Assembly (NCBI RefSeq): GCF_036365525.1
Contig: NW_027140807.1
Span: 1,612,001-1,676,000, forward strand
Reading direction: 5' to 3'
Origin: Heterodontus francisci
Taxonomy: Eukaryota
Length of the DNA: 64,000 nt
Shown: positions 48,515 through 59,957 of the stretch, piece by piece
Layout of the letters: each line of letters opens with the position of its first letter
Numbering within the stretch: position 1 is the first letter of the stretch
The notes under the pieces: generated by a model
The model's input: the letters and a program-made list of their open reading frames with translations, nothing else
Told to the model about the DNA's origin: nothing
Database searches by the model: none
Made by a program: the position numbers and the translations under genes

Positions 48515-49620
48515 CATTCATGGGATTTTGGGCGATGCTGGTTGAGGCCAACAATTATTGTCCATCCCTAATTGCCCCTTGAGAAGGTTTTGGTGAGCTG
48601 CCTTCTTGAACCGCTGCAGTCCATGTTGGGTGGGTACACCCACAGTGCTGTTAGGAAGGGAGTTCCAGGATTTTGACCCACAGTTAGTGAAGGAACGGCC
48701 GATATAGTTCCAAGTCAGGATGGTGTGTGACTTGGAGGGGAACCTGCAAGTGGTGGTGTTCCCATGCATCTGCTGCCCTTGTACTTCTAGGTGGTAGAGG
48801 TTGCGGGTCTGTAAGGTGTTGACGGAGGGAGCCTTGGTTCATTGCTGCATTGCATCTTGTAGATGGTACACACTGCTGACACTGAGCATCAGTGGTGGAG
48901 GGAGTGAATGTTTGTAGATGGGGTGAAAATCAAGCGGGCTGCTTTGTCCTGGACGGTGTCGAGCTTCTTGAGTGTTGTTGGAGCTGCACCCATCCAGGCA
49001 AATGGACAGTATTCCATCACACTCCTGACTTGTGCCTTGTAGATGGGTAACAGGCTTTGGGGAGTCAGGAGGTGAGTTACTCGCCGCAGGATTCCTAGCC
49101 TCTGACCTGCTCTTGTAGCCACAGTATTTATACGGCTACTCCAGTTCAGATTCTGTTCAATGGCAATACCCAGGATGTTGATAGTGGGAGATTCAGCGAT
49201 GGTAATGCCATTGAATGTCAAAGGGAGATGGTTATATTCTCTCTTGTTGTAGATGGTCAATGCCTGGCACTTGTGTGGCGCGAATGTTACTTGCCACTTT
49301 TCAGCCCAAGCCTGGATGTTGTCCAGGTCTTGCTACATCTGAACACGGGCTGCTTCAGAATCTGAGCTGTCGCGAATGATGCTGAACATTGTGAAATCAT
49401 GAGTGAACATCCCCACTCTGACCTTATGATTGAAGGGAATTTCATTTATGAAGCAGTTGGAGATGGTGGAACAGGACGTACTCGGGGATGGCGATAGCGA
49501 GCTCTGTGACATTGTCTGTAAGGCATGATTCCCTGAGTATGACTATGTCAGGTTGTTGCTTGACAGCTCTCCCAACCTTGGCACAAGGCCCGAAATGTTG
49601 GTAAGGAGGACCGTGCAGAT
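48515..49620 (-). mobile_element. Non-LTR retrotransposon RT 3' fragment
   Basis: ORF 48889-49260: PLTFNGITIAESPTINILG...IYKAQVRSVMEY. Confidence 0.85.
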
Positions 49621-49859
49621 TCAACATGTTGTTGCATCTGCTGCTGTTTTTCACCTGCTGAAGTTGTCTTTGTTGCTTTTCTCCTCCTGACGCACTTCTT
49701 GAATTCTGTTGGTGTTTTTTTCTCCTCCTGACATTGGTTGGTGAGCTTTTTTTTGCCAACGTTGCTTCTGAATTTGTTGGTGTTTTCCCTCGCTGAGGCT
49801 GTTGTTGAATTTGTTGATGCTTTTCGTGCTGAGGTTTTTGTTGTGTTTGTTGTATTGCC

Positions 49860-50290
49860 CGGAGGAGGTTACAGAGATAGGGAGGGTTGTAGGGCTGGAG
49901 GAGGTTACAGTGATAGGGAGTATTGTAGGGGCTGGAGGAAGTTACAGAGAGAGGGAGGGTTGCAGGTCTGGAGGAGGTGACAGCGATAGGGAGGGTTGTA
50001 GAGCTGGAGAAGGTTACAGAGATAGGGAGTATTGTCGGGGCTGGAGGAGGTAACAGAGATAGGGAGGGTTGTCGGGGCTGGAGGAGGTTACATCGATAGG
50101 GAGCGTTGTCGTGTCAGGAGGAGGTTACTGAAATAGGGAAGCTTGTAGGGGGCTGGAGGGGGTTACGGATAATGGGAGGGTTGCGTTACCTTAAGCAGGA
50201 TACAGACATAGGGAGGATTGGAGGAGCTGGAGGAGGTTACAGAGATAGGGAGGGTTGCAGGGGCTGGAGGAGGTTACAGAGACAGGGATA
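49860..50290. repeat. ~37-bp minisatellite GGAGGAGGTTACAGAGATAGGGAGGGTTGTAGGGGCT
   Basis: Direct tandem copies. Confidence 0.9.
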
Positions 50291-51169
50291 ATTGTCACTG
50301 TTCATCGAGTGTACTCAGTGTTAACCCCAGTATCATTCTGGTGAATCTCAGCTGTATCTGGTCTCAGGCAAACAGCTGCTTGTTGAGGAAAGTGCCCAGA
50401 CTGTGTGCAATATTCCAAATGTAGTCTAACCAGAGCCTCCTACAACTGTGGCATTACCTCCAAACCCTTTGTATTGTAGCTTCTTCCATTAATCACACGT
50501 TCCACAATGCATGACTGGATGCACGCATACACCACACACACACTCCCAACCCTCTCTCTCTCCCACCCCCTCTCTCTCCTCAGTTTGTTTGACTATGTTG
50601 TTAGTTGTGCATCTTTGTCCTTCAGCTGATCTTATCTGTGCCTCTGATATGAAGAGTCTATTGTTCTCAGTCCTTGACAAACACAACAGCTTCCTGCTTT
50701 GCAAAAGTTGACATTTTCCTAGTTGACACACGGCACAACATTCAAATCTGTTAGTCCCAGGGAATGCAAATATCAAAGCCGGCTCAGAAGAGCTAATGGG
50801 CCCATTGTGGGACTGAATGAATATCTGACAACCTGGCATGGACACAGGGGCACTGACAGAATCAGCAATCCAGTGAGAATGGAAACTGTGGAAACTATCA
50901 GGGACGAGGAGTTGGACATGGGCTGGTTGGAACTGAGATGCACATTCAGACACCCCTTTTCACAGGCAGTGTCACATTGAGTAACAATGTGCTGCAAGGT
51001 GATTGTGATTACTGAGGGGACAGTGACATTGTGATTCTGTCACAGGAATATTATCTAGAACCCTGGACTGACTGCACTGCCCAATGTGCTAATGATCTAA
51101 CAGAGAAATGTGGGGACAGACGAATCCCACCCCATCAGAAACAAATCCTAGAATAGTACAACAGAGGGA

Positions 51170-51830
51170 GGCCATTCGGGCCATCGAGGGGTTGTCATCT
51201 CTTTCGAAAATCAACCCAGTTAATCCAACTCCCCTCTCTTTCACCATTTCCCTCAATTAATTCCCCTTCAAATATTGAGCCAATTCCCTTTTTGAATAAT
51301 ACCATTGAATTTCCACCACCCTATCAGACATTTCCCTCCAAATCCAAACCACTCATGATATTAAAAAACATTTATCCTCATGTCACCTCTGGTACCTTTC
51401 CCCATCACATTAAAGCTGTGCCCTCTGGTGATCTATCGAATCTCCCCTTAACCTTCTCTGCTCTAAGGAGAACGTCCCTTTCTAGCCCAGTCTTTTTACT
51501 TGACTGAAATTCCTCACCAACTGAACCATCCGAGAAAATCTCTTCTGCACCCTCTCCAAAGCCTACAGGTCTTTCCTGAAGTGTGGTGCCCAGAATTGGG
51601 CACAATGTTCCAACAGGGACCGAACTGGTGTTTTATACAGGTTTGGCATGACTCCCGGACTTTTGTATTCGACCTCTCCATTTACAAAGGCCAGACTGTA
51701 ATATGATTTATTAATCGCTTTCTCAACCGACCCTGCCACCTTTAAACATTCCTGCACAAGCATCCCCCAGGTCTCTCTGTTCTTGCACCACTTCACAAAT
51801 TGTATTGTTTCATCTCTCCTCATTCTCGGA
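51170..51830 (-). mobile_element. CR1-like LINE 3' fragment
   Basis: LYKT.VRS.LEHCAQFWAPHFRKD motif. Confidence 0.78.
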
Positions 51831-52680
51831 GTCAAAATCAAACATATCAAAGACTATTCCCACCCATATCAGGGACAAATTACCTGCTTATTATTATTCG
51901 GTCAGTCATGGACAATGGTCTGCCAGTCACTCTATGAAGTTTACATGCAACACTTTTCCTTCCAAAAAACAACATCCTGGGTGGTTCTTGTATTGAAGTT
52001 TATACCTGAAGCCCACTGCTATCTCAATGTTAGCAGTTGAGGAGCAGTCAGTGACTGAGACATTAACATCTGGTCAGGGACCCCTCACAATATCCCATGT
52101 CCTGAATACTCAAACACTCTCTCACTGAGAAATTTATGTTCTCCTCATTCTGGTTTGTATGTGTTACTAACGCTGTATCTGTGCTATTTCGGAGATGGTA
52201 TCACTGTCGCTGATGTGAGGATTTCATTGTTCTCATTCTGTGACTATATTCTGAAAAACAGAATCATTTACTTTAACCCCAACGACCTCAAGGAGGAAAA
52301 TGGATGTCCGATCATTTGTCTCTCCGGAACATCTTGTTTCTCTGCCCCCTCTCATCATCCCCCCAATACTGACCCACTACTGATAAGAGAGGCATGTCTC
52401 CTGTGAATATTCTCTCCCTAATACTTAATGCCTATGAAAGATCAAATATACACAGCCAACTGGCAAATACTAACTTTAATATTCAGAGTCCCAGCCCCAG
52501 GCTCCAATCTCCCGACACACTCTCTGTTGGGTAACTGAAGACAAGTTATGTTACAACAGCAAAGCCCCGTGGGTTAGCATGGTCCCAGGAGAAATATTAA
52601 TTTGGTTTATTATGGCAGCTACTTTAACCAAAAGGCCTTCGTTTGCATAGATTATGTATTGTCATTCATCATTACTAAAT

Positions 52681-52855
52681 GTTAATATTTCAGCCAACCA
52701 GCACTGCAGTCAATCCGTCGTGGTGTATATAGGAGTTGGAGCTGACACTGAGACTGACACTGTTCACAGCAGAGTGGACCCAAGACTGAGGAGCAAGCAG
52801 CTGGAACTGAACCGACAACATCTCCCACCCAGCGACATCTACTTTGGAGACTCTG
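52681..52855 (+). promoter_or_regulatory. Putative promoter and non-coding exon 1 of the GP2/UMOD-like gene
   Basis: TATATAG at 52726-52732; ATG-free stretch ending at donor G|GTAAGC (52855/52856); pairs with the pyrimidine-rich acceptor at 53304. Confidence 0.45.
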
Positions 52856-53319
52856 GTAAGCAGTTGGGTATGGGAGGACTGCTCGAAAAAGCACAGGAGT
52901 TTGTCACTTGCTAGGTGTTGACCCAGGGGGTGTGTGTCCAGCTTCTCCTGAAACAACACCATCTTCATGAATAACCTTTGTCAGAAATTCAAAGAGGTTT
53001 GTTTCAGGGATGCAGGAGACAGACCTGGAGGAGAGAGTCAGGAACACATGTGGTTTATTCATAAAAGCTTTGGAGAGTGGAAAGGGTGAAGGATTGGAGT
53101 CAAGTTCCTGATGTTTAACAAGAACATGTAGCTGAGCTCACCTCTGTCTGTAAGAGCCCCAGTGAGAGAGAGATAATTAGATGGAGCTCACCTCTCTAAA
53201 ACAGATATACTGACGAACTCCTCGGCAACTCCCTATTTAATATTCCCTCCAATTCCCTACTCGGTAATCTCTCTCAAATGTTTGTCTTGTGTTTCCCTTT
53301 CCAGAATCTCACCAGTAAG

Positions 53320-56300
53320 ATGTGGACTCTGCTGATCATTCTGGGTTACCTGAGTGAGTAACTTTCATTCTCGACAAAGTTCACCCCCAGTACAACTAGA
53401 ACAAGCTGTGTTTATTCATACCGTTACATAGAATAATCTCCCAAGATGTTGCACAGAAATCTGATTGAAGAAATGTCTGACACGGCAGGGAAGGAGATGA
53501 CTGGAGGGCTGACTGTTAGTTTAAAAGAACAGACGGAGGTGGAGAGGCAGAAAGGTTTAGGAGGCTAGACATCTTGAAGCCACATCAGACACTGCTGGAG
53601 GAAAGGGAGTGGAGGGAATTTATACAGGAGGCTTGGGTCAGAGAAACAGAGAGTTGGTGAAGATTACAGAAATGTGGTGGGAGAGGGCGGGAGAGGTCAT
53701 GAAAGAATTTGAACAGGAAGATGGAAGTTGTACATCAAAGGCGTTTGCAGCTGTGAACCAATGTGGGTCAGAGAGCGCAGGGCTGATGTATGACTTAAAC
53801 TTTCTGCAAGATAACATGCAACAGCAGTGTGTTGGAGGAGACCTGACTTCTGGAAAGTGGAAGCTGGGAGGCTGGCCAGGAGTGGATTAGAAGATTTGAT
53901 TCTCCAGAAGGTAGAGGGTTTTTGGTAGAGGATTGGCTGAGGCAAAATCTGTGATGGTGGATATTAAGGAGGTTGTAATTGGATGTCCTTGTGATGAGGA
54001 GGCTACAGGGAAGGAAGCTGGGCACAGTCGGAAGCTGATGCGAAATTGGAGAGGGACAAGATAGATTCTCGGGGTACGCTAGAGGTAGCAGTGCTGGAGT
54101 GGGTAGGGAAGACACTGCAGGAGATTCTCTGGCTGAGACTAGACTGGGTTGAGTGGAAATAGGCCAGAGCAGTTCCACCAGGCTGGACATGGAAGGAGAG
54201 GTGTTGGCGATGGATAGTGTGGTGAATTGTGTCAAAGACTGCCGACAATTCGAGAAGGATGATCAGAAACAGTATTCCTGACTTGGCTCTTGCAGCTTCT
54301 CTGCTGCTCAAACCCTTTAGCAGTACTTTGGTACCTCTAGACTTGACTATTCCAAAGATCTCCTGGCTGATCTCTCACATTCCACCTTCTGTACATTTTG
54401 GTCATCCAGTATGATACTGCCCAAGTCCAGTTCACCTTTCATCTCCGTGCTCACTGACCTACACTGGCTCCCGGTTCAGCAAGGCCTGGATTTCAATATT
54501 CTCACAATCGTTTCCAGATCCTTCTATCACCTCGCCGTTCCCTACCGCTGAAATCATCTCCAGCCCCACAACCCTCGGAGATCTCTGCGCTCCTCTAATT
54601 CAGGCCTCTTGAGTATTCCCGATTCGAATCCCTTCCACCATTGGCAGCTGTGCCTTCACCTGCCGAGGCTTAACGCTATGGAATTCTCTCCCTCAACTTC
54701 TCCGTCTCTCCACCTCTCTTTCCGCCTTTCAGACACTCCTTAAAACCTACCTATTTGACATAGCATTTGGCCACCTGCCCGACCAGCTGCTTCTGTGGAT
54801 CGGTGTCAGTTCGGGATGGTAACACACCGATGAAGTGATTTGGGACATTTTATTACATCAAAGGCAGTACATAAATGCAGGTTGTTGTTGGTTTTGAGAC
54901 TACACGTTCCCTCTGCAGGACCCACCAGTCACACTGGGTCGCTTGTGCTCCACCTGGCAGCTCTCGCTCCTCCTCCACTTTACATCTTTCCTACTGGGAT
55001 GAAGTGAAGCTGAGATATTTACTGCTTTCTGTTACCTGAGAGCTGGTGGTTAATCTAGAATAGGGAGGACTGTCTGTGAGCAGTGAGTTAGAGGGAGAGG
55101 CTGAGCTGGGAGACAGATGGAAACCCAGTTTAGAGAAGGAGGACATTTTCCAGCTTTAATCTGGGGGGTTTTGACCAGGGCAGAGGGTGAAACTGAGATC
55201 ATTGGTATTTCGGGAGGGTACAAGGCGCTGTGTAACATTAACTGTACTTTATATTAACATTAGACATCTTTCTGTCACTCAGTCACAGACTCTGCACTCA
55301 CTGACCCGTGTGTAAATCACACAGTCCTGGACCAGCCCTGGAGGAGCATCGATTGTGATGTCACTGTGGGCTCCGGTCAGGAGAAGTGTGATGATAATCT
55401 TGCTCAAGGATGGTACAGATTTAAAAGGTAATGTAAAGGAACAAATTCTGGGTAAATCAGTTAATGAGGGAGGAGTAATGGATTTCCCCCAGTTTCTGGC
55501 ACTATCTGTTGTTACCAGTCTCTCTAACAGTTAATATTTACCATCAGTTCAGGGACTGACTCTGTGATTAACTGTTTCAGTTCTGGTGGATGGAAGATTC
55601 CGGACACTGTTGTCCCAGATTTTCACTGCTCCACACGTGCCACAGGCTGGTTACAGGGTAATTTCAGCCTTTATAATATCAGATTTACATTCACTGTCCA
55701 GCACTGTTCACGTGGGTTACTTTCTTCAATATTTATAAACTCTCATTTCAGGTTCCCATCCTAGTGTGGGACAGGGGGAAGTAACGAGGACAGTTTGTTT
55801 TAACAAGGCTGGAAATCGCTGTCACTGGACCCAGGAAATAAAGATCATAAACTGCAGCAGTTATTTTGTTTATGAGTTGAAGCCTCCACCCGACTGTAAC
55901 GCTGTTTATTGCACAGGTAGATTGCTGTTTGTATATGGTGCAGATGGGTGATTCTGGGATGTCCCGTGTCACCCATGGGAATGAGACAGTTTACTCACTG
56001 CCCTCCTTTTTGTAAGGGACACAGTGAATAAAGGATCTGTAAAACAGAGTGAACTCTTCACTAAAACTCTAGGGAACTGAACCAGACGCTCGCTGTCTGG
56101 AGAGAGGGCTGGCATGTCTGGGTAGTATTCTGTCAGGTCTGCAATTGAGGAGATTCAGGTTTTCTGGTGAGTGTCAGACACAGCAGCAGGATCCTGACAG
56201 ACTCTATGTGAAGGGCAGTCACTCTCACCTCACCTCTTGAGTTCAGCTCTTTTGTCCATGTTTGAACCACACTGTAATGAGGTCAGGAGCTGAGTGACCC

Positions 56301-59300
56301 CGGCGGAACCCAAACTGACCATCACTGAACAGGTAATTGCTGAGCAAGTGCCGCTTGATAGCACTGTCAACAACACCTTCCATCATTTTACTGATGATAG
56401 AGAGTAGACTGATGGGACGGTAATTGGGTGGGTTGAACTTGCCCTGCTTTGACTTGTCCTGCTTTTTATGCACAGGACATGCCTGGGCAGTTTTCCACAT
56501 TGCAGGGTAGATGCCAGTGTTGTAGCTGTACTGGAACAGCTTGGCTAAGGATGCAACAAGTTCTGGAGCACAGGTCTTCAGTACTACTTCCGGGATATTG
56601 TCAGGGCCCATAGCCTTTGCAGTATCCAGTGCCTTCAGTCATTTCTTGATATCAAGCGGAGTGAATCGAATTGACTGAAGACTGACATCTGTGATGCTGG
56701 GGATTGCAGGAGAAGGTCGAGATGGATCATCAACTCAGCACTTCTGGCTGAAGATTTTTGCAAATGCTTCAGCCTTATCTTTTGCACTGATGTGCTGGGC
56801 TCCCTGATCATTGAGGATGGGGATATTTGTGGGGCCACCTCCTCCAATTAGTTGTTTAATTGTCTTCTGCCATTCACGACTGGATGTGGCAGGACAAGAA
56901 ATACTGGAATCACTCAGCGGGTCTGGCAGCATCTGTGGAAAGAGAAGCAAAGTTAACGTTTCGGGTCAGCGACCCTTCTTCGGAACTCATTTGATCCGTT
57001 GGTTATGGGATCGCTTAGCTCTGTCCATCGCATGCTAATTATGCTGTTTGGCATGCAGATAGTCCTGTGTTGTAGCTTCACCAGGCTGACACCTCATTTT
57101 GAGGTCTGCCTTGTGCTGCACTTTGCATGCCCTCCTGCACTGTTCATTGAACCACGTTTGGTCTCCTGGCTTGATGGTCATGATCGAGTGGGGGATATAC
57201 CGGACCATGAGGTTACAGATTGTAGTTGAGTACAATTCTGCTGCTGTTGTTGTTCCCACAGCACCTCATGGATGCCCATTGTTGTATTGCTAGACTTGTT
57301 TGAATCTATCCCATTTAGCATGGTGATAGTGCCACACAACACGATGGACGGTATCCTCAATGTGAAGGTGGGACTTTGGCTCCACAAGGACTGTGCGGTG
57401 GTCACGCCCACCAAGACTGTCATGGACAGATGGATATGTGGCAGGCAGATTGGTGAGGATGAAGTCAAGTATATTTTCTCCTCTTGTTGGTTCTGTCATC
57501 ACCTACCGCAGTCCCAGACTAGCAGCTTTGTCTTTTAGGACACGGCTAGCTCGGTAAGGAGTGGGCTGCAGTGACTGAGAGGAGTGGTCTGCAGAGACTG
57601 AGGGGAGTGGGATGTAGTGACTGAGCGAATGAGATGCGGTGACTAGGTGGAGTAGGATACAGTGAATGTGGGGAGTGGGATGTAGTGACTGAGGGGAGTG
57701 GGGTGGAGTGACAGGGGAGTGGGAGGTAGTGACTGAGGGGTGTGGGATGCAGTGATTGAGCGGAGTGGGAAGTAGCGACTGAGGGGAGTGGGATGCAGAG
57801 ACTGAGGGGAGTGGGATACAGTGACTGAGCGAATGAGATGCGGTGACTAGGTGGAGTAGGATACAGTGAATGTGGGGAGTGGGATGTAGTGACTGAGGGG
57901 AGTGGGATGTAGTGACTGAGGGGAGTGGGATGTAGTGACTGAGGAGAGTGGGGTGTAGTGACTGAGGAGAGTGGGGTGTAGTGACAGGGGAGTGGGAAGT
58001 AGCGACTGAGGGGAGTGGGATACAGAGACTGAGGGGAGTGGGATACAGTGACTGACGGGAGTGGGATGTAGTGACTAAGGGGAGTGGGATGCTGTAATTG
58101 AGGGAAGTGGGATGTAGTGACTACTGAGTGTGATGTGGTAACTGAGGGGAGGAGGATGTAGAGAAGCGGGGAGTGAGGTGCAGTGACTGAAGGGAATGGT
58201 ATAGAGTGATTCGGTGGAGTGGGTACAGTGACATAGAGAAGTGGGATGCAGTGATTGAGGGGAGTGGGATGCAGTAATTGAGGGGAGTGGGATGCAGTAA
58301 TTGAGGGGAGTGGGATGCAGCGACTAAGGGGAGAGGGATGCAGTGACTGAGGGCAGTGAGATGTAGTGACTGAGGGGAGTGGGATGTAGTGACTGTGGGG
58401 AGTGGGATGTAGCGACTGATGGGAGTGGGTGCACTGACTGAGGGGAGTGGGTGCAGTGAGTGAGGGGAGTGGGATGCTGTAATTGAGGGAAGTGGGTGTA
58501 GTGACTGAGAGGAGTGGCATGCAGTGACTCAGGGGAGTGTGATTCAGTGACTGTGGGGATTGGGATACAGTGACTGTGGGGAGTGGGATACAGTGACTGA
58601 GGAGAGTGTGATACGGTAACTGAGGGGAGTGTGATCCCTTCCATTTATCATCACATCCTCCCCGGTTTCACTTGTCACTAGAACTTTTCCCAGTTCTGAT
58701 GTAAGGTCACATATTAACATTAAACATCTTTCTGTCACTCAGTCACAGACTCTGCACTCACTGACCCGTGTGTAAATCACACAGTCCTGGACCAGCCCTG
58801 GAGGAGCAGCGATTGTGATGACACTGGGTGCTCCGGTCAGGAGAAGTGTGATGATAATCTTGCTCAAGGATGGTACAGATTTAAAAGGTAATGTAAAGGA
58901 ACAATTTCAGGGTAATCTAGTCAATATGGGCAGAGTAAGGGATTTCCCCCAGTTTCTGGTACTATCTGCTGGTACCAGTCTCTCTAACAGTTAATATTTG
59001 CCATCAGTTCAGGGACTGACTCTGTGATTTTTGTTTCAGTTCTGGTGGATGGAAGATTCCGGAGACTGCTGTCCCAGATTTTCACTGCTCCACACATGTT
59101 ACAGGCTGGTTAAATGGTAATTTCAGCCTTGAGAATATCAGATTTACATTCACTGTCCAGCACTGTTCACATGGGTTACAGTCTTCAATATTTATAAACT
59201 CTCATTTCAGGTTCCCATCCCAGCGTGGGACAGGGGGAAGTAACACGGACAGTTTGTTTATCCTGGGGTAGAAAACACTGCGACAAGGTCCATGAGATAA

Positions 59301-59871
59301 AGATCAAAAACTGCAGCAGTTACTTCGTTTATGAGTTGAAGTCCTTGTTTTATTGCGCAGCGTATTGTACAGGTACATTCATGCTTCTATATCATCCAGA
59401 GGGTGATTCTGGGATGTCCCGTGTCACCCACAGAAATGAGACAGTTTACTCACTCCCCTCCTTATTGTCAGGGACACAGTGAATAAAGGATCTGAAACAC
59501 AAAGTGTACTTCACTGAAACTCTAGGGAACTGAACCAGACTCTGCTGTCTCTGTCTATCATGCACTCTGATCCCTGCAGTGTACATGGCTCACGTCAGGT
59601 CCCCACTGCAGTGCTGGGCACCTCACACTCCCTCTCCAGGAAGCAATGTTCACGAGGAGTTGGATAGGATCTTCGAGGGTTTGATAAAGATGAAAATCTG
59701 ACACTGTCTGGACTAGAGAACTATATAAACGAGCTCTTCGGGTTTTCTCCACTCTGCCCTCTTCCTTTATTACAGATCCAGAGACTGTCGCAACTGAGGA
59801 ACCCGAGGAACAAACAACTCGAGAATCCACTAGGGGATCATCGTCTACCCCAGCGGTGTCTGGAACATCAG
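53320..59871 (+). CDS. Uromodulin/GP2/OIT3-like glycoprotein with two tandem D8C/D10C domains (3'-incomplete in window)
   Basis: Exons 53320-53353 (MWTLLIILGYL), 55283-55427, 55581-55657, 55752-55916, 58743-58887, 59040-59116, 59211-59372 and 59776-59871. All are GT-AG and phase-compatible. Motifs DPC..HTVLDQPWRS..C...GWYRF...C....WL.G.HP...EV.R.VC....C.....C..YFVYEL....C..YCT, then the linker DPETVATEEPEEQTTRESTRGSSSTPAVSGTS. Confidence 0.85.
53400..54890. mobile_element. Old L2-like LINE fragments in an intron
   Basis: LILLELSAVFDTIHH (LLDLSAAFDTVDH-like) on the minus strand; L2-type 3' end at ~54410-54890. Confidence 0.65.
56235..57545 (-). mobile_element. Non-LTR retrotransposon ORF2 fragment in an intron
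   Basis: GPDNIP..VLKTCAPEL...NYRPISLLSIISK.MEG...QFGFR.GHS; PTRGENILDFILTN (endonuclease C-terminus). Confidence 0.9.
56950..56988 (-). ncRNA. Second hammerhead motif (Penelope-like tail inserted within the LINE)
   Basis: GAGTT-CCGAAGA-A-GGGTC(GCT)GACCC-GAAACGTT-AACTT. Confidence 0.6.
57550..58635. repeat. ~23-bp minisatellite GTGACTGAGGGGAGTGGGATG(C/T)A
   Basis: Direct tandem copies, intronic. Confidence 0.95.
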
Positions 59872-59957
59872 GTATCCCCCTTGTGGGTTGCATTCGAAAC
59901 AGATTCCACACCCAATGTTACACCATAGAAGATCAGTCCTCGAGATCATCCAGTCTC

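Noticed and set aside
50723-50980. 85-aa ORF with an Ig-like LELRCTF stretch
   Set aside because: No Trp or second Cys, no RSS, stop soon after; no family recognised
56020-56047. CACAGTG + 12 bp + GTAAAACAG (copy at ~59475) as a D/J-type 12-RSS
   Set aside because: Poor nonamer, not conserved in the second copy, and no D or J (FGxG) segment adjacent
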